Shown: positions 1 through 8,380, numbered from the stretch's first letter. The stretch is DNA of 24,000 nucleotides from Candidatus Aenigmatarchaeota archaeon (GCA_046760225.1 JBHIDR010000002.1:2176-26175), one strand, 5' to 3'. Numbers and translations are program-made. Notes: generated by a model not told the origin, from the letters alone.

Positions 1-190
1 CAGGGTTAGCAACAATTGTTTTTGCAGACTTCCATTCAGGCAGTTCAGCAGCACGCTTGGCAGCTTCAGACGCGCCAATAAAGTTTGGGATCCTGTTGTG
101 GACGGGCCTAGGGAATGCTGCAATGTTGTGCTCCTCCATGTAGTCCCAGATGCGCTTGCGAAGTTCTGCTTTTTGCTCCTTGACAGGCAT
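1..190 (-). CDS. 5-formyltetrahydrofolate cyclo-ligase (MTHFS/YgfA) family protein, N-terminal part; gene runs off the window start
   Basis: Hand translation of the minus strand from ATG (rc of 188-190) gives MPVKEQKAELRKRIWDYMEEHNIAAFPRPVHNRIPNFIGASEAAKRAAELPEWKSAKTIVANP. The RIPNF-GA-AA pattern is typical of this family. It is absent from the ORF track because it is truncated. Confidence 0.5.
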   Translation of the reverse strand, partial: MPVKEQKAELRKRIWDYMEEHNIAAFPRPVHNRIPNFIGASEAAKRAAELPEWKSAKTIVANP

Positions 191-235
191 ATTAATTAAT
201 TACTTTGCTTAAAAGAAATATTAGGGTGTACTGGA

Positions 236-583
236 ATGAAACTGGGCATGGAGTTCGAGATAAGCTATTCCCACAGCCTTGAAGGGCATTCCAGATGCGG
301 GAAGAAGCATGAGCATACATCAAAGGTTGTTGTGGAAGCAGAAGGTGAAGTGAAAGGTGGTCCTGAGCTTAAGGACAACATGCTAATGGACTTCTTTGAG
401 ATGGGGAAGATATGCAAGGATGTGCTTGCGGGGCTGGACGGCAAGGACCTGAATGAGATTTTCGATTTCCCAACTGCTGAGAACATTGCAAAATGGATTT
501 TTGACAATCTGAAGGACAAGATTCCTGTTGCAAAGGTCGTATTCTTTGAGGAAGATGACAAATGGTGCGTTGTGGAAAAATAA
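236..583 (+). CDS. queD: 6-carboxytetrahydropterin synthase / 6-pyruvoyl-tetrahydropterin synthase family (QueD-like)
   Basis: 115-aa ORF with a family-typical layout: SHSL..H..CGK.HEHT (His/Cys metal site), MLMDFFEM, LDGKDLNE and PTAENIAKWI. Confidence 0.75.
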   Translation: MKLGMEFEISYSHSLEGHSRCGKKHEHTSKVVVEAEGEVKGGPELKDNMLMDFFEMGKICKDVLAGLDGKDLNEIFDFPTAENIAKWIFDNLKDKIPVAKVVFFEEDDKWCVVEK

Positions 584-991
584 TCAGAGAACTGATTTGA
601 GATATGGATACATGCAGCGCCCCATTTTCTCGAACGTCACAGAATCCATCCTTCTCTTTAGCTCTTCAACAGTAACAGAGTTGTCCTCCTCTATTGCTGT
701 TTTATCATAGATATCATCAAGAGCAGCAGCAACAAGCTGCTGGTCACCAAAGCCTGTTATTGTGACCTTTGGGCCTTCACAATCCTTTGAAATCGCAAAG
801 AGTGCCTTGCGTTCGCCTTCAAAGAACTGTGAGACATAGAAGGGGTAATGTCTAATGAGTAAGTCTCTGAAAAAGGCTGTATAGTTGTTGAAGGTGCTGT
901 ATTCCAGAAGCGCTGACTCCAGGTCCCCATCAAGCAGACCCTCGCTGATCACAGAATAGGTGCCATACAGCTTTGTTCCATATCTTGTCAT
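584..991 (-). CDS. hypothetical protein
   Basis: 135-aa ORF convergent with queD; the stop codons abut (583/584). No motif recognised. Confidence 0.55.
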   Translation of the reverse strand: MTRYGTKLYGTYSVISEGLLDGDLESALLEYSTFNNYTAFFRDLLIRHYPFYVSQFFEGERKALFAISKDCEGPKVTITGFGDQQLVAAALDDIYDKTAIEEDNSVTVEELKRRMDSVTFEKMGRCMYPYLKSVL

Positions 992-1024
992 GATATTAAA
1001 TTTGGAAGAAAAAGGATTTAAGGG

Positions 1025-1282
1025 CTATTTCCTGTAGACATATTTTATCCAGAACTTCTTGAAATAGGGCATTGTCAGCGTGGAAAGTAAAAAAGCAACA
1101 GCAGGGACAATTGCATTCAGCCACGGATCAGGGATATTAATGTACCAGAGGTAGACTCCTATTGCAAGGTAGGTGAAGACCGCTATCAGCACTTTCCTTG
1201 TGAAGCTTGTTTCCCATGCCTTGTCAGCCTCGACCCTCCTGTTCCTTTTCTTTATCTTCTGTATCTCTTTTTTCATGTCCAC
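1025..1282 (-). CDS. small basic two-TM membrane protein
   Basis: 85-aa ORF with a Lys/Arg-rich N-terminus followed by two hydrophobic spans (VLIAVFTYLAIGVYLWYI and AIVPAVAFLLSTLTM). It is the last gene of the tight minus-strand string 2703->1025. Confidence 0.6.
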   Translation of the reverse strand: MDMKKEIQKIKKRNRRVEADKAWETSFTRKVLIAVFTYLAIGVYLWYINIPDPWLNAIVPAVAFLLSTLTMPYFKKFWIKYVYRK

Positions 1283-1286
1283 TGTA

Positions 1287-1829
1287 TCACTCGAATTTCA
1301 GGTCATGCGCCCTTTCTACCAGCCCATATTTTTCAAAAAACTCCCTGCCACCAATTGCACAGGTATCCTCCATCTTGAATCCTAGCATCTCAACGCCCTG
1401 CCTTACTTTGTCCATGGTCTCAGCTTCTATTTCAAGTAATGGGGGAGCGCCCGGCCATTCATCGACATTGAAAGTTATACCGTCTTTCTTGAAGGTAACC
1501 CTGTCCTTTTCCTGGTGCCTTGTCGCTACCAGGCCGATTGCCTTTAACAGTTTCTCTATTGCATCTGGATCAGAGACCTTTGTCTCAAACTCGTCCATGC
1601 ATTTGACTCCTTCCTGGTGCTTCATTTTCTTGAAAGTAAGAACAGACCTGTCTCCCTCGTCCCTGAGCCTCAGGAAAGATATTTCCTTGCGCAGCCTCTC
1701 ATCAGGATAGTCGAACATCTTTATCTTCATTCTCACGTCCCTTATCCTTTCTGCACCAAGGCTTTCCAGCTTCTTGATTATCTCATCCTTGTTTATTTCA
1801 AGAATCATTACTTCCAGTTCTTCTGGCAT
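1287..1829 (-). CDS. CYTH-domain protein (class IV adenylate cyclase / triphosphate tunnel metalloenzyme family)
   Basis: 180-aa ORF with N-terminal ELEVMILEI (ExEx-type strand), FLRLRDEG..LTFKK, EFETKV and C-terminal LLEIEAE, the usual CYTH strand pattern. There is a 4-nt gap to the upstream gene. Confidence 0.7.
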   Translation of the reverse strand: MPEELEVMILEINKDEIIKKLESLGAERIRDVRMKIKMFDYPDERLRKEISFLRLRDEGDRSVLTFKKMKHQEGVKCMDEFETKVSDPDAIEKLLKAIGLVATRHQEKDRVTFKKDGITFNVDEWPGAPPLLEIEAETMDKVRQGVEMLGFKMEDTCAIGGREFFEKYGLVERAHDLKFE

Positions 1830-1833
1830 GTAA

Positions 1834-2514
1834 TCACCTAAGCTCTGATTCAGGGGTGTCCTTGAAGCACCTTTCCCTCCAGTCGCACATCCTGCACATC
1901 CAGCCTATGTCCTCCTTCCTTGATGCCCTTGCCTCTGCTTCAGGAAGGATCTCTTCTGTCAGGTGCTTGTGGAGCTCATTGAATCGATTCAAGGCTATTG
2001 CAGCAACTCCCTCGTTGAAAGGTATTGTGAATGACTTTGTCTTGAGGTTCCTCTTGTCAATATAGAGAAGAACGCCGTTGTGAACGCCTGTTGCATGCAT
2101 ATAGAGCTGGAGCTGCATAACATTCTCTGGCTTGGCCTCTGTGACAAAGTCTATCCTTGAGGTGGATTTCACTTCCACAAGGAGCTGCCTGCCGCTGGCC
2201 TTTACAAGAAGAAGGTCATCCACCCTTCCTGATATTGTGAAGCTGTTCATGCTGATCTTGAATGGAAGCTCTGACTTCAGCAACTCCACTTCTGGGTTCT
2301 TCTCGCTCCTCAGCACTTCTGCAACAAAATCATGCAGAATATTGCCCACTTCGAATATCTTCTGGAGATCCACACGTATTGGCCTGGGATCCTTGTAGGA
2401 GTACCAGACCTTTCTCATGCAGCTTCCTATTTCACTAGGGTAGTATCTTCCCTCCTGCTTTGCCCTGAGTTCCCTGGATATGTGCTTGTCTATGAGGTTA
2501 TCGAAGTTGAGCAT
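1834..2514 (-). CDS. Cas4-like PD-(D/E)XK nuclease with 4-Cys Fe-S cluster ligands (stand-alone; no CRISPR nearby)
   Basis: 226-aa ORF with an N-terminal Cys (SEIGSCMRKVWY), RVDD...VEVKST (D..ExK), QLQLY (QxxxY) and a C-terminal CRMCDWRERC (CxxCx5C). Confidence 0.8.
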   Translation of the reverse strand: MLNFDNLIDKHISRELRAKQEGRYYPSEIGSCMRKVWYSYKDPRPIRVDLQKIFEVGNILHDFVAEVLRSEKNPEVELLKSELPFKISMNSFTISGRVDDLLLVKASGRQLLVEVKSTSRIDFVTEAKPENVMQLQLYMHATGVHNGVLLYIDKRNLKTKSFTIPFNEGVAAIALNRFNELHKHLTEEILPEAEARASRKEDIGWMCRMCDWRERCFKDTPESELR

Positions 2515-2703
2515 CTACTCACCCGGATATGCGCAGAGCACTGTGTCAGGCCCCTTTATGCCGCGGAAATGCGGACATATTGAGACTCCCTTGACAGCGC
2601 ATTTCTTGTCTGGTGCCCATGGGCACTTGTCCTGCTCCCATTTTGCTGGGGAGAAATCAATGTCCATGTTTGCTCCCCTGAGCTCCCTTATTGCCTCTGG
2701 CAT
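2515..2703 (-). CDS. small Cys-rich protein, unknown function
   Basis: 62-aa ORF with 4 Cys. Its stop codon directly abuts the start codon of the Cas4-like gene (2515/2514). Confidence 0.5.
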   Translation of the reverse strand: MPEAIRELRGANMDIDFSPAKWEQDKCPWAPDKKCAVKGVSICPHFRGIKGPDTVLCAYPGE

Positions 2704-2802
2704 ATGTATTATGAGAACCAGTAAATCTTAAAGTTTTCTCAATCATAGGGAAAGATTTATATAGCATCACCGCATAATAGTAAATATAGTAAAGGTGGTT
2801 AA

Positions 2803-3252
2803 ATGGAAGGGTATAATAACGGTTTTAAGGACTTGATGGAAAGGGGCAGGCTACAAAAGAAGATGTACAAATATAAGAAGGGAGTGGAAATTGTCAGGGC
2901 AATCTATTGCTTTGAGAAGGCTGTAAAACTATGCCCGGATGATGTTACAGCACGTTATGAGCTTGCTGATTGCTGGCTTGAATTTGGCGGGCCTGATTCT
3001 GTTAAAAAGGCTATTGAGTATTTTGAGCCCACGTTCAATATAAGCAGAGAGACAGCAACCGAATATGCAGACATGCTGGCTCAGAGGCGCATGAATGTAG
3101 AGGATCCTGTTGGAGCAAGAAAGCTCTGGAGATTAATAATGGAATACAACCCTGAAGATTCTTTTGAAAGAAAGAACGCAAAAAAGAACGTAGAAGAGCT
3201 GACAGAGCTGATCAACCAGGGAAGATTCAGGACCCCGACCATGATGCGTTAA
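2803..3252 (+). CDS. hypothetical helical (TPR-like) protein
   Basis: 149-aa ORF with an SD-like AAAGGTGG upstream and a TATA-like TTTATATA near 2755. The repeat-like helical sequence is A..YFEKA..L.P.D. Confidence 0.55.
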   Translation: MEGYNNGFKDLMERGRLQKKMYKYKKGVEIVRAIYCFEKAVKLCPDDVTARYELADCWLEFGGPDSVKKAIEYFEPTFNISRETATEYADMLAQRRMNVEDPVGARKLWRLIMEYNPEDSFERKNAKKNVEELTELINQGRFRTPTMMR

Positions 3253-3262
3253 TTCAGATTAG

Positions 3263-3574
3263 TTAAAAATCTACATCCACTGCTTTTTTGAATTTTTTAA
3301 GAATTTTTTTAATTCTCTCTGGCTTGACTTTCAGCTTGGATATTATTTTTTCTTCAGAGAGAGGTATATATGCACCATCTCTTTTGTGAAGGATTAGAGC
3401 AGCTGCAAGAGCTTCATCATCTGTTACTTTCCTTATGCCTATTCTTTTACCGCTTATTAACATTGTTTGATTTATTGCAGCACCGTCCTCAACTTCTTTT
3501 TTATCTTTACCAAACAAATTTTCGCATTTTTTAATAAGCCTTAACCATCTTTTGTAGGCTTTACCAACAAGCAT
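3263..3574 (-). CDS. hypothetical small basic protein (AT-rich island gene 2)
   Basis: 103-aa ORF whose start abuts the stop of the upstream gene (3574/3575). A hand count of the adjacent island line 3601-3660 gives about 30% GC. Confidence 0.5.
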   Translation of the reverse strand: MLVGKAYKRWLRLIKKCENLFGKDKKEVEDGAAINQTMLISGKRIGIRKVTDDEALAAALILHKRDGAYIPLSEEKIISKLKVKPERIKKILKKFKKAVDVDF

Positions 3575-4597
3575 TTATCTTCTCCACCATCTAATTTTTA
3601 CTGTCCTTTTAGTTGGTGTTGATTTGGTTTTTGTTTTCGATTTAAAACCAAAAATAGAAGGCAATACTTTTCCTGCTTTTTTTGCTGCATTTGCAAATTT
3701 CTGCACGCTTTTTGCAAATGTTCCTATGGCCCTGCTGCCTGTTGTTCTTGCTTCTGTTTTCAATGTGCTTATTAGCCTGTTTGTGGCTGTAAATGGTCCT
3801 CTTGTCCTATCTGCTTCTGAGAGGAGTTTCATATTATTTTGGTATTTTGCTGTTGTGAGTATATCTGTAAATCTTTCATTAATCCATTTGTTATATTTTG
3901 TCCTTTTTGTAAGAAGATTTCTTGCGGGTTTTGAGAACTTTCCGAATCCTCTCAGATAGCCGTTGCTTGCCCTGATAGCAGCATGGGTTGCCTCATGCCT
4001 CGATACAAATTTTAATACGTCATCTTTCAATGCTTTCGACATAATTCTTATCTGCTGCGTGTCCAATAATATTTTTTTAGGCAATCCTTTTTTGTCAGGT
4101 ACGGTTTTTCCCAATGTGCCCAACTCGAGTCTTGCATTTTTTATTCTTATATTAAGCTTGACGCCGAGGTCTGTGAGTTCTTTTTTGACTGCTGCTTCTG
4201 CTGCTTTCTTTTGTGCATTGATTCTTGTGAAAAATGGCTTGATTTTTTCTATTAATGGCTTCTGGCCTTTGCTTGCCTTTATGTTCTCAGGCAGCTTCTT
4301 TACTTCGGCTTCTGGATTCTTTATTTCCGGGGCCTTGGGCTCGTATGGAGTGGCTGATTTCGGCTTTTCCCTTACCAGGAGGTCGTTTGGGTTCTCAGGA
4401 ACCTTGATTGCTCCTGGCATTTCCTGGGGTGTTTTGGGCCTTGGCAAGCTTATTTTGCCTGTTGGTATTTTTGGCGGGCGAAATTTGAGATAGGCCAGGC
4501 CTCCTGCCGCAGCAATTGTACCAGCAATGGCTGCAATTTCTACTGCACCCAGTTCAGCTACAATTGCGCCACCAGCAGCAACAAAGGGCAGAGGCAA
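3575..4597 (-). CDS. membrane-anchored Lys/Pro-rich protein with an HExxH motif (AT-rich island gene 1)
   Basis: 340-aa ORF starting at TTG, with an AGGTG SD 5 nt upstream. It has a Gly/Ala-rich N-terminal TM segment, a Pro/Lys-rich linker, SRHEATHAAI (HExxH) and a very basic C-terminus (KRTVKIRWWRR). Confidence 0.55.
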   Translation of the reverse strand: MPLPFVAAGGAIVAELGAVEIAAIAGTIAAAGGLAYLKFRPPKIPTGKISLPRPKTPQEMPGAIKVPENPNDLLVREKPKSATPYEPKAPEIKNPEAEVKKLPENIKASKGQKPLIEKIKPFFTRINAQKKAAEAAVKKELTDLGVKLNIRIKNARLELGTLGKTVPDKKGLPKKILLDTQQIRIMSKALKDDVLKFVSRHEATHAAIRASNGYLRGFGKFSKPARNLLTKRTKYNKWINERFTDILTTAKYQNNMKLLSEADRTRGPFTATNRLISTLKTEARTTGSRAIGTFAKSVQKFANAAKKAGKVLPSIFGFKSKTKTKSTPTKRTVKIRWWRR

Positions 4598-4690
4598 GAA
4601 AGCACCTATTAAATATTGGGCTGAGGAAATATTTAAACCGGTCGTTTTCTTGAGACCAAAAATAAATGCTGTTGGGGGGTATAGGTTTTA

Positions 4691-4888
4691 ATGGCTGCCC
4701 GTATGGATGCAATGTGGTAGAACAGGGAACTTCATGAGTACACCTCAAAGCTCAAGAAGGAAAACAAGGGAAGGGGAGAGTACGTATGTGACGGCTGCAA
4801 GGCAAGGCATATTGCACCGTGCGATGGGAAGGGTAACTGCGACTTTACAGGATATGTTTCTGAGGTATATGAGAAGGTCTTTGGCTGA
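4691..4888 (+). pseudogene. small Zn-ribbon-like ORF interrupted by an in-frame TAG (4718-4720)
   Basis: Hand translation in one frame gives MAARMDAMW-stop-NRELHEYTSKLKKENKGRGEYVCDGCKARHIAPCDGKGNCDFTGYVSEVYEKVFG-stop. There is no ATG/GTG/TTG downstream of the TAG. Its stop abuts the convergent trmB stop (4888/4889), as real gene pairs do elsewhere in this window. Confidence 0.3.
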
Positions 4889-5602
4889 CTATTTCTTTGC
4901 TATTTTCCAGAGCATGTCAAAATAGTGCTTGTAGGCTTCTGCTGCTGACTTGTTCTTTATGAGCACTGCCTCAGGAGGGTCTGACCACACTATTATGGCT
5001 ATCTTGTCGCCGTAGATGTTGGTGGTTGACTGTGACTCGAACTTCTCGTCAAAGTACCTGAGCTCTGTTGTCTTTGAAAGCTGGATCTTCACGCCCCTCC
5101 TCACAATGTGCTTCACAGGTATCCTGTACTTCTCAAGCATCCTTATGAGCTGGGGCACGAAGTAAGGCATCCTTATGTTCAGCATGCCCTCAACATCAAG
5201 AACCCTGTTCTCCTTCTTTTCCTTTATCATGTCCCTGAAGAGGGTCTGTATGCCCTTGTAGCCATAGAAAAGGGTTACGTTGTGCTTTTCCTTGGGCTCC
5301 TTGTAGATCCTCTTCAGCTCAGGCATTATGTCCCTTGCCTCGTCCTGCATATTCTTCAGGAAATAAAGCAGCCTTTCAGGCGGGGTGGACTGGTACCACT
5401 TCACATTGGCCTTGACCACATAGGTTACCAGGCCCTTTTCAAGCAGCCTCTTCAGCGCATCGTATGTTGTTGTCCTGTTCAGCGTGCACTGCTTGCTTAT
5501 CCTTCCTGCCCTGGCCTCCCTGAGGCGGAGAAGCGCCATGTATACCTTTATCTCTGTGCTGCTGAGGCCTACCCTCTTCAGCACGTCCTTGATGTCTGCC
5601 AT
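4889..5602 (-). CDS. trmB: TrmB-family transcriptional regulator
   Basis: The N-terminal wHTH (LGLSSTEIKVYMALLRL..ARAGRISKQCTLNRTTTYDALKRLLEKGLV) is typical of TrmB. The ORF is open to 5653, but MADIKDVL (start 5602) fits the family N-terminus. Confidence 0.85.
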   Translation of the reverse strand: MADIKDVLKRVGLSSTEIKVYMALLRLREARAGRISKQCTLNRTTTYDALKRLLEKGLVTYVVKANVKWYQSTPPERLLYFLKNMQDEARDIMPELKRIYKEPKEKHNVTLFYGYKGIQTLFRDMIKEKKENRVLDVEGMLNIRMPYFVPQLIRMLEKYRIPVKHIVRRGVKIQLSKTTELRYFDEKFESQSTTNIYGDKIAIIVWSDPPEAVLIKNKSAAEAYKHYFDMLWKIAKK

Positions 5603-5671
5603 GATTATACTTGGGTCGCAAAGGTTTATAAATGTTGTTGTAAGGAAACTCACAACATCTCTTTAAGTGTC

Positions 5672-5700
5672 CTCACCACCTAGTAGTGATTGGTGAGAGG
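5672..5700 (+). promoter_or_regulatory. hairpin that would sequester the SD of the downstream ATPase gene
   Basis: CTCACCA (5672-5678) is the reverse complement of TGGTGAG (5691-5697), with a 12-nt loop. The 3' arm is part of the SD-like GGTGAGAGG, which lies 3 nt before ATG 5704. A TTTATAAA box at about 5623-5630 lies in the divergent intergenic region. Confidence 0.3.
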
Positions 5701-5703
5701 CAG

Positions 5704-6228
5704 ATGCCGAAATACGTGATAACAGGCGGGCCAGGAACAGGAAAGAGCACCACAATAAGGCTGCTGGAAGAAATGGGATACCAGATTGTGCACGAGGCAG
5801 CCATGGAAGTGATAGAATACGAGCAAAGAAACGGAGGAGAGGACCTGCCCTGGAAGAACAGGAAAAGGTTCCAGCAGAAAGTGATGGAGCTGCAGAAGAG
5901 AATGGAAAACGAGCTGGACCCGGAAAAACAAGCCTTCCTGGACAGGGGAATGCCTGATGGACTGGCCTACTACAGGCTGGACGGGGTGGAAACACCTGAA
6001 GAGTTCCAGAAGGAACTGGGCAAGAACGGCTACAGGAAGATCTTCCTCCTGGACAGGCTGCCAAGATATGAGAAAGATACAGCAAGAACAGAGGACAAGG
6101 AAACTGCCAGGAAGATACACAGCCTGATAGAAGAGGTCTACAGGGAGCTGGGATACGAGATAGAAAAAGTGCCTGTGCTGCCGCCTGAGGAAAGGGCAAG
6201 ATACATAGTCGAGAGGACAAAGAGGTGA
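5704..6228 (+). CDS. AAA_28-like P-loop ATPase (NadR-C-terminal/ATPase-kinase type)
   Basis: Walker A GGPGTGKST directly follows MPKYVIT, and FLDRG follows later. The ORF is open from 5686, but ATG 5704 has the SD. Confidence 0.7.
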   Translation: MPKYVITGGPGTGKSTTIRLLEEMGYQIVHEAAMEVIEYEQRNGGEDLPWKNRKRFQQKVMELQKRMENELDPEKQAFLDRGMPDGLAYYRLDGVETPEEFQKELGKNGYRKIFLLDRLPRYEKDTARTEDKETARKIHSLIEEVYRELGYEIEKVPVLPPEERARYIVERTKR

Positions 6229-6234
6229 ACAGAG

Positions 6235-6744
6235 ATGAGAGAAGACTCGAGAATTGCCAGCTATCATGCAAAGAAAGCAGTGAAGCGCTACAAGAAGGAC
6301 AACAACTATGTCTTCAGGCCAAGAAGGTTCATGAAGGATAATGAAGGAAGCATGGATGGAGATGACCTTATTGCAATGGCTATTGTAGGATTTGCTGCAG
6401 TGTCACTTGCCATAGCAGCATGCGCCTTGACTGATGAGGTGGAAGTTGAGCCTTCTGATGAGGACAAGGTGGCAGAAGGTGACACAGTGTACCTGAGAGG
6501 AAGCGTGCTGGACGAGGCGCACTATGGTGGAGAGGATGAAAAGTATGGCACAGATGACGACCTGTACCAGATACACATGAGCTCAAGAAGCGGGAAGAAA
6601 GCAGTTGACTTCAACGGATACAGATGGAACTGCACTGAGATGAACGAGAAGATAAACCCTGGATATGAGCTGGAATTAAAAGCAATGAAGAAAAGCAGAG
6701 GGCACTACGAGGCAATGGAAGTCAAGAAGATAAAGAAAAACTGA
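6235..6744 (+). CDS. hypothetical single-pass membrane protein with an acidic ectodomain
   Basis: 169-aa ORF with one hydrophobic span (LIAMAIVGFAAVSLAIAACAL). No motif recognised. Confidence 0.55.
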   Translation: MREDSRIASYHAKKAVKRYKKDNNYVFRPRRFMKDNEGSMDGDDLIAMAIVGFAAVSLAIAACALTDEVEVEPSDEDKVAEGDTVYLRGSVLDEAHYGGEDEKYGTDDDLYQIHMSSRSGKKAVDFNGYRWNCTEMNEKINPGYELELKAMKKSRGHYEAMEVKKIKKN

Positions 6745-6747
6745 AAA

Positions 6748-7176
6748 TCAGCCTAGTTCCTTTGTGAGAGCTGCACGTATTTTCTGGAACAGCTCACCTG
6801 ATATCTTATAGTCCCTAGGATATGGAACATAGTTCTTTCCCCATCTTTCGTCAAGGAACTTTTGTCCTTCGAACTCCCTTTGTGTCTGGTACCTTGGTAT
6901 CATGTGCATGTGAACATGCCTTGTGACGTTCATGAGAACAGCATAGTTGAAGAGATCAGGCGAGAAAAGGTTTGTCAGGCCATGGTTGACCTTATGCATG
7001 ATATCCCAAAGTTCCTTGTGCTCGTCTTCTGAAATCTCCAGATAGTTTTCCAGATGCCTGTTCAGAACAATCATGTTTCTCCCAAGATAATACTGGTTGT
7101 AGTTCAAGCAAACTGTCCAGTGATCGTACTTCTTTATCACTGATTTTTCATCCAGGGCACAAAGCTCGCATTCCAT
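6748..7176 (-). CDS. HIT-family nucleotide hydrolase/transferase
   Basis: Histidine triad HVHMHMIPR and an N-terminal CxxC (MECELCA). Confidence 0.85.
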   Translation of the reverse strand: MECELCALDEKSVIKKYDHWTVCLNYNQYYLGRNMIVLNRHLENYLEISEDEHKELWDIMHKVNHGLTNLFSPDLFNYAVLMNVTRHVHMHMIPRYQTQREFEGQKFLDERWGKNYVPYPRDYKISGELFQKIRAALTKELG

Positions 7177-7207
7177 GGTAAACTATTGTGGCAACAAGAA
7201 TAAAATA

Positions 7208-8380
7208 TTATTCCTTTACCATTGATTCCTCTACTTTGGAGAAGAATGCCATTGCTATGAGGACTGCACCAAGTATCATCAGCGTGTAGCTGAAGTTCCA
7301 GTCAGTCAGCATGCCTATGAAGGGATAGATTGCTGCAATTATGAATCTCCGGAGCATTGATACTGTTGACAGCACTGTTGCCCGTTTTGGCGTGGGTATA
7401 TACCTGTTCATGTGGTGACCGAAAATCGGCTCCCTGATTGCCTTGAATCCCATTATCAGCAGGGGTGCTACAATCACTACCGGCAAAAAGTTTGTGAGCC
7501 CTGCTGCAACAAAGCACAGGCCAGGAACAATTGTTGAAACGAAGATTAACTTCCTTGTTCCAAAGAACTTTTCAATCTGGTCAATGTAATGCAGTAGCGC
7601 TATTGCAACTATGTTCATCCCAACTGTCATGAAACCGAAATAGAAGATACCCACGCCTGCGTTTGTTAGCATTGGCTGGTAGAACCAGAATATGAAATGC
7701 GTTATTGCTGCCACGAGCGCCATGTCAAATGCAAGTATCTTGAGCGTGCCGTGCTTTGTGAAGTATTTTATGCCCTCCTTCATTATTTTCCAGTACCTCG
7801 TGGTTTCAATCTTCCTTCTTGTCAATGGCTCTGCAAGTGTGAGCGCTATGAGCCCTGCAACAGTCAAGGGCAAAGCAGAGAGAAGAACAGGCATCCTGAG
7901 TGTTGTTGCAGCAGCTATCATGCTTCCTAGCGGGGCCCCTAATATTATTCCTATGGAGCCCGCCTGCTGGTAGCGCGCAAAAACCTTTTTCGCTATCTTC
8001 TGCTTCCTTATCTTCTTCAGCGTATCGTATAGTAGTGCCTGGTCTGCGCCTGAAAGCAGTGCAAAGGCAGTTGCCCAGAGGAACTCGGCAAACATGAACA
8101 CGAAAAAATTCGTTGTGTTGGCATAAATCAGGGCAGCTGCTGCATTAACAAATGCTGCCAGTGCTATTGAGGCCTTCCTGCCATACCTGTCTGCTATTGT
8201 TCCTGTTGGTATTTCCAAAAAGAATATGGATGCCATGAACCATGCCTGCAGCAGGAATATCTGGGTGAAGTTGAAGCCTATCCATTCTGTGAAGAAGGGT
8301 ATGATTATGGCTGCGAAAAGGTGCATCATCAGGAACAAGTTTATTGCATACATCTTCCACAGGTTTGCCTTGTAGCCCAT
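7208..8380 (-). CDS. MFS transporter
   Basis: 390 aa with about 12 hydrophobic spans and the MFS loop motif GTIADRYGRK between TM2 and TM3. Confidence 0.85.
   Translation of the reverse strand: MGYKANLWKMYAINLFLMMHLFAAIIIPFFTEWIGFNFTQIFLLQAWFMASIFFLEIPTGTIADRYGRKASIALAAFVNAAAALIYANTTNFFVFMFAEFLWATAFALLSGADQALLYDTLKKIRKQKIAKKVFARYQQAGSIGIILGAPLGSMIAAATTLRMPVLLSALPLTVAGLIALTLAEPLTRRKIETTRYWKIMKEGIKYFTKHGTLKILAFDMALVAAITHFIFWFYQPMLTNAGVGIFYFGFMTVGMNIVAIALLHYIDQIEKFFGTRKLIFVSTIVPGLCFVAAGLTNFLPVVIVAPLLIMGFKAIREPIFGHHMNRYIPTPKRATVLSTVSMLRRFIIAAIYPFIGMLTDWNFSYTLMILGAVLIAMAFFSKVEESMVKE

Noticed and set aside
5663-6271. Two long overlapping minus-strand ORFs (202 and 195 aa) antisense to the AAA_28 ATPase gene.
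   Set aside because: They are low-complexity Ser/Leu/Pro/Cys-rich translations with no start context. They are shadow frames of a purine-rich sense gene that has a clear Walker A motif.
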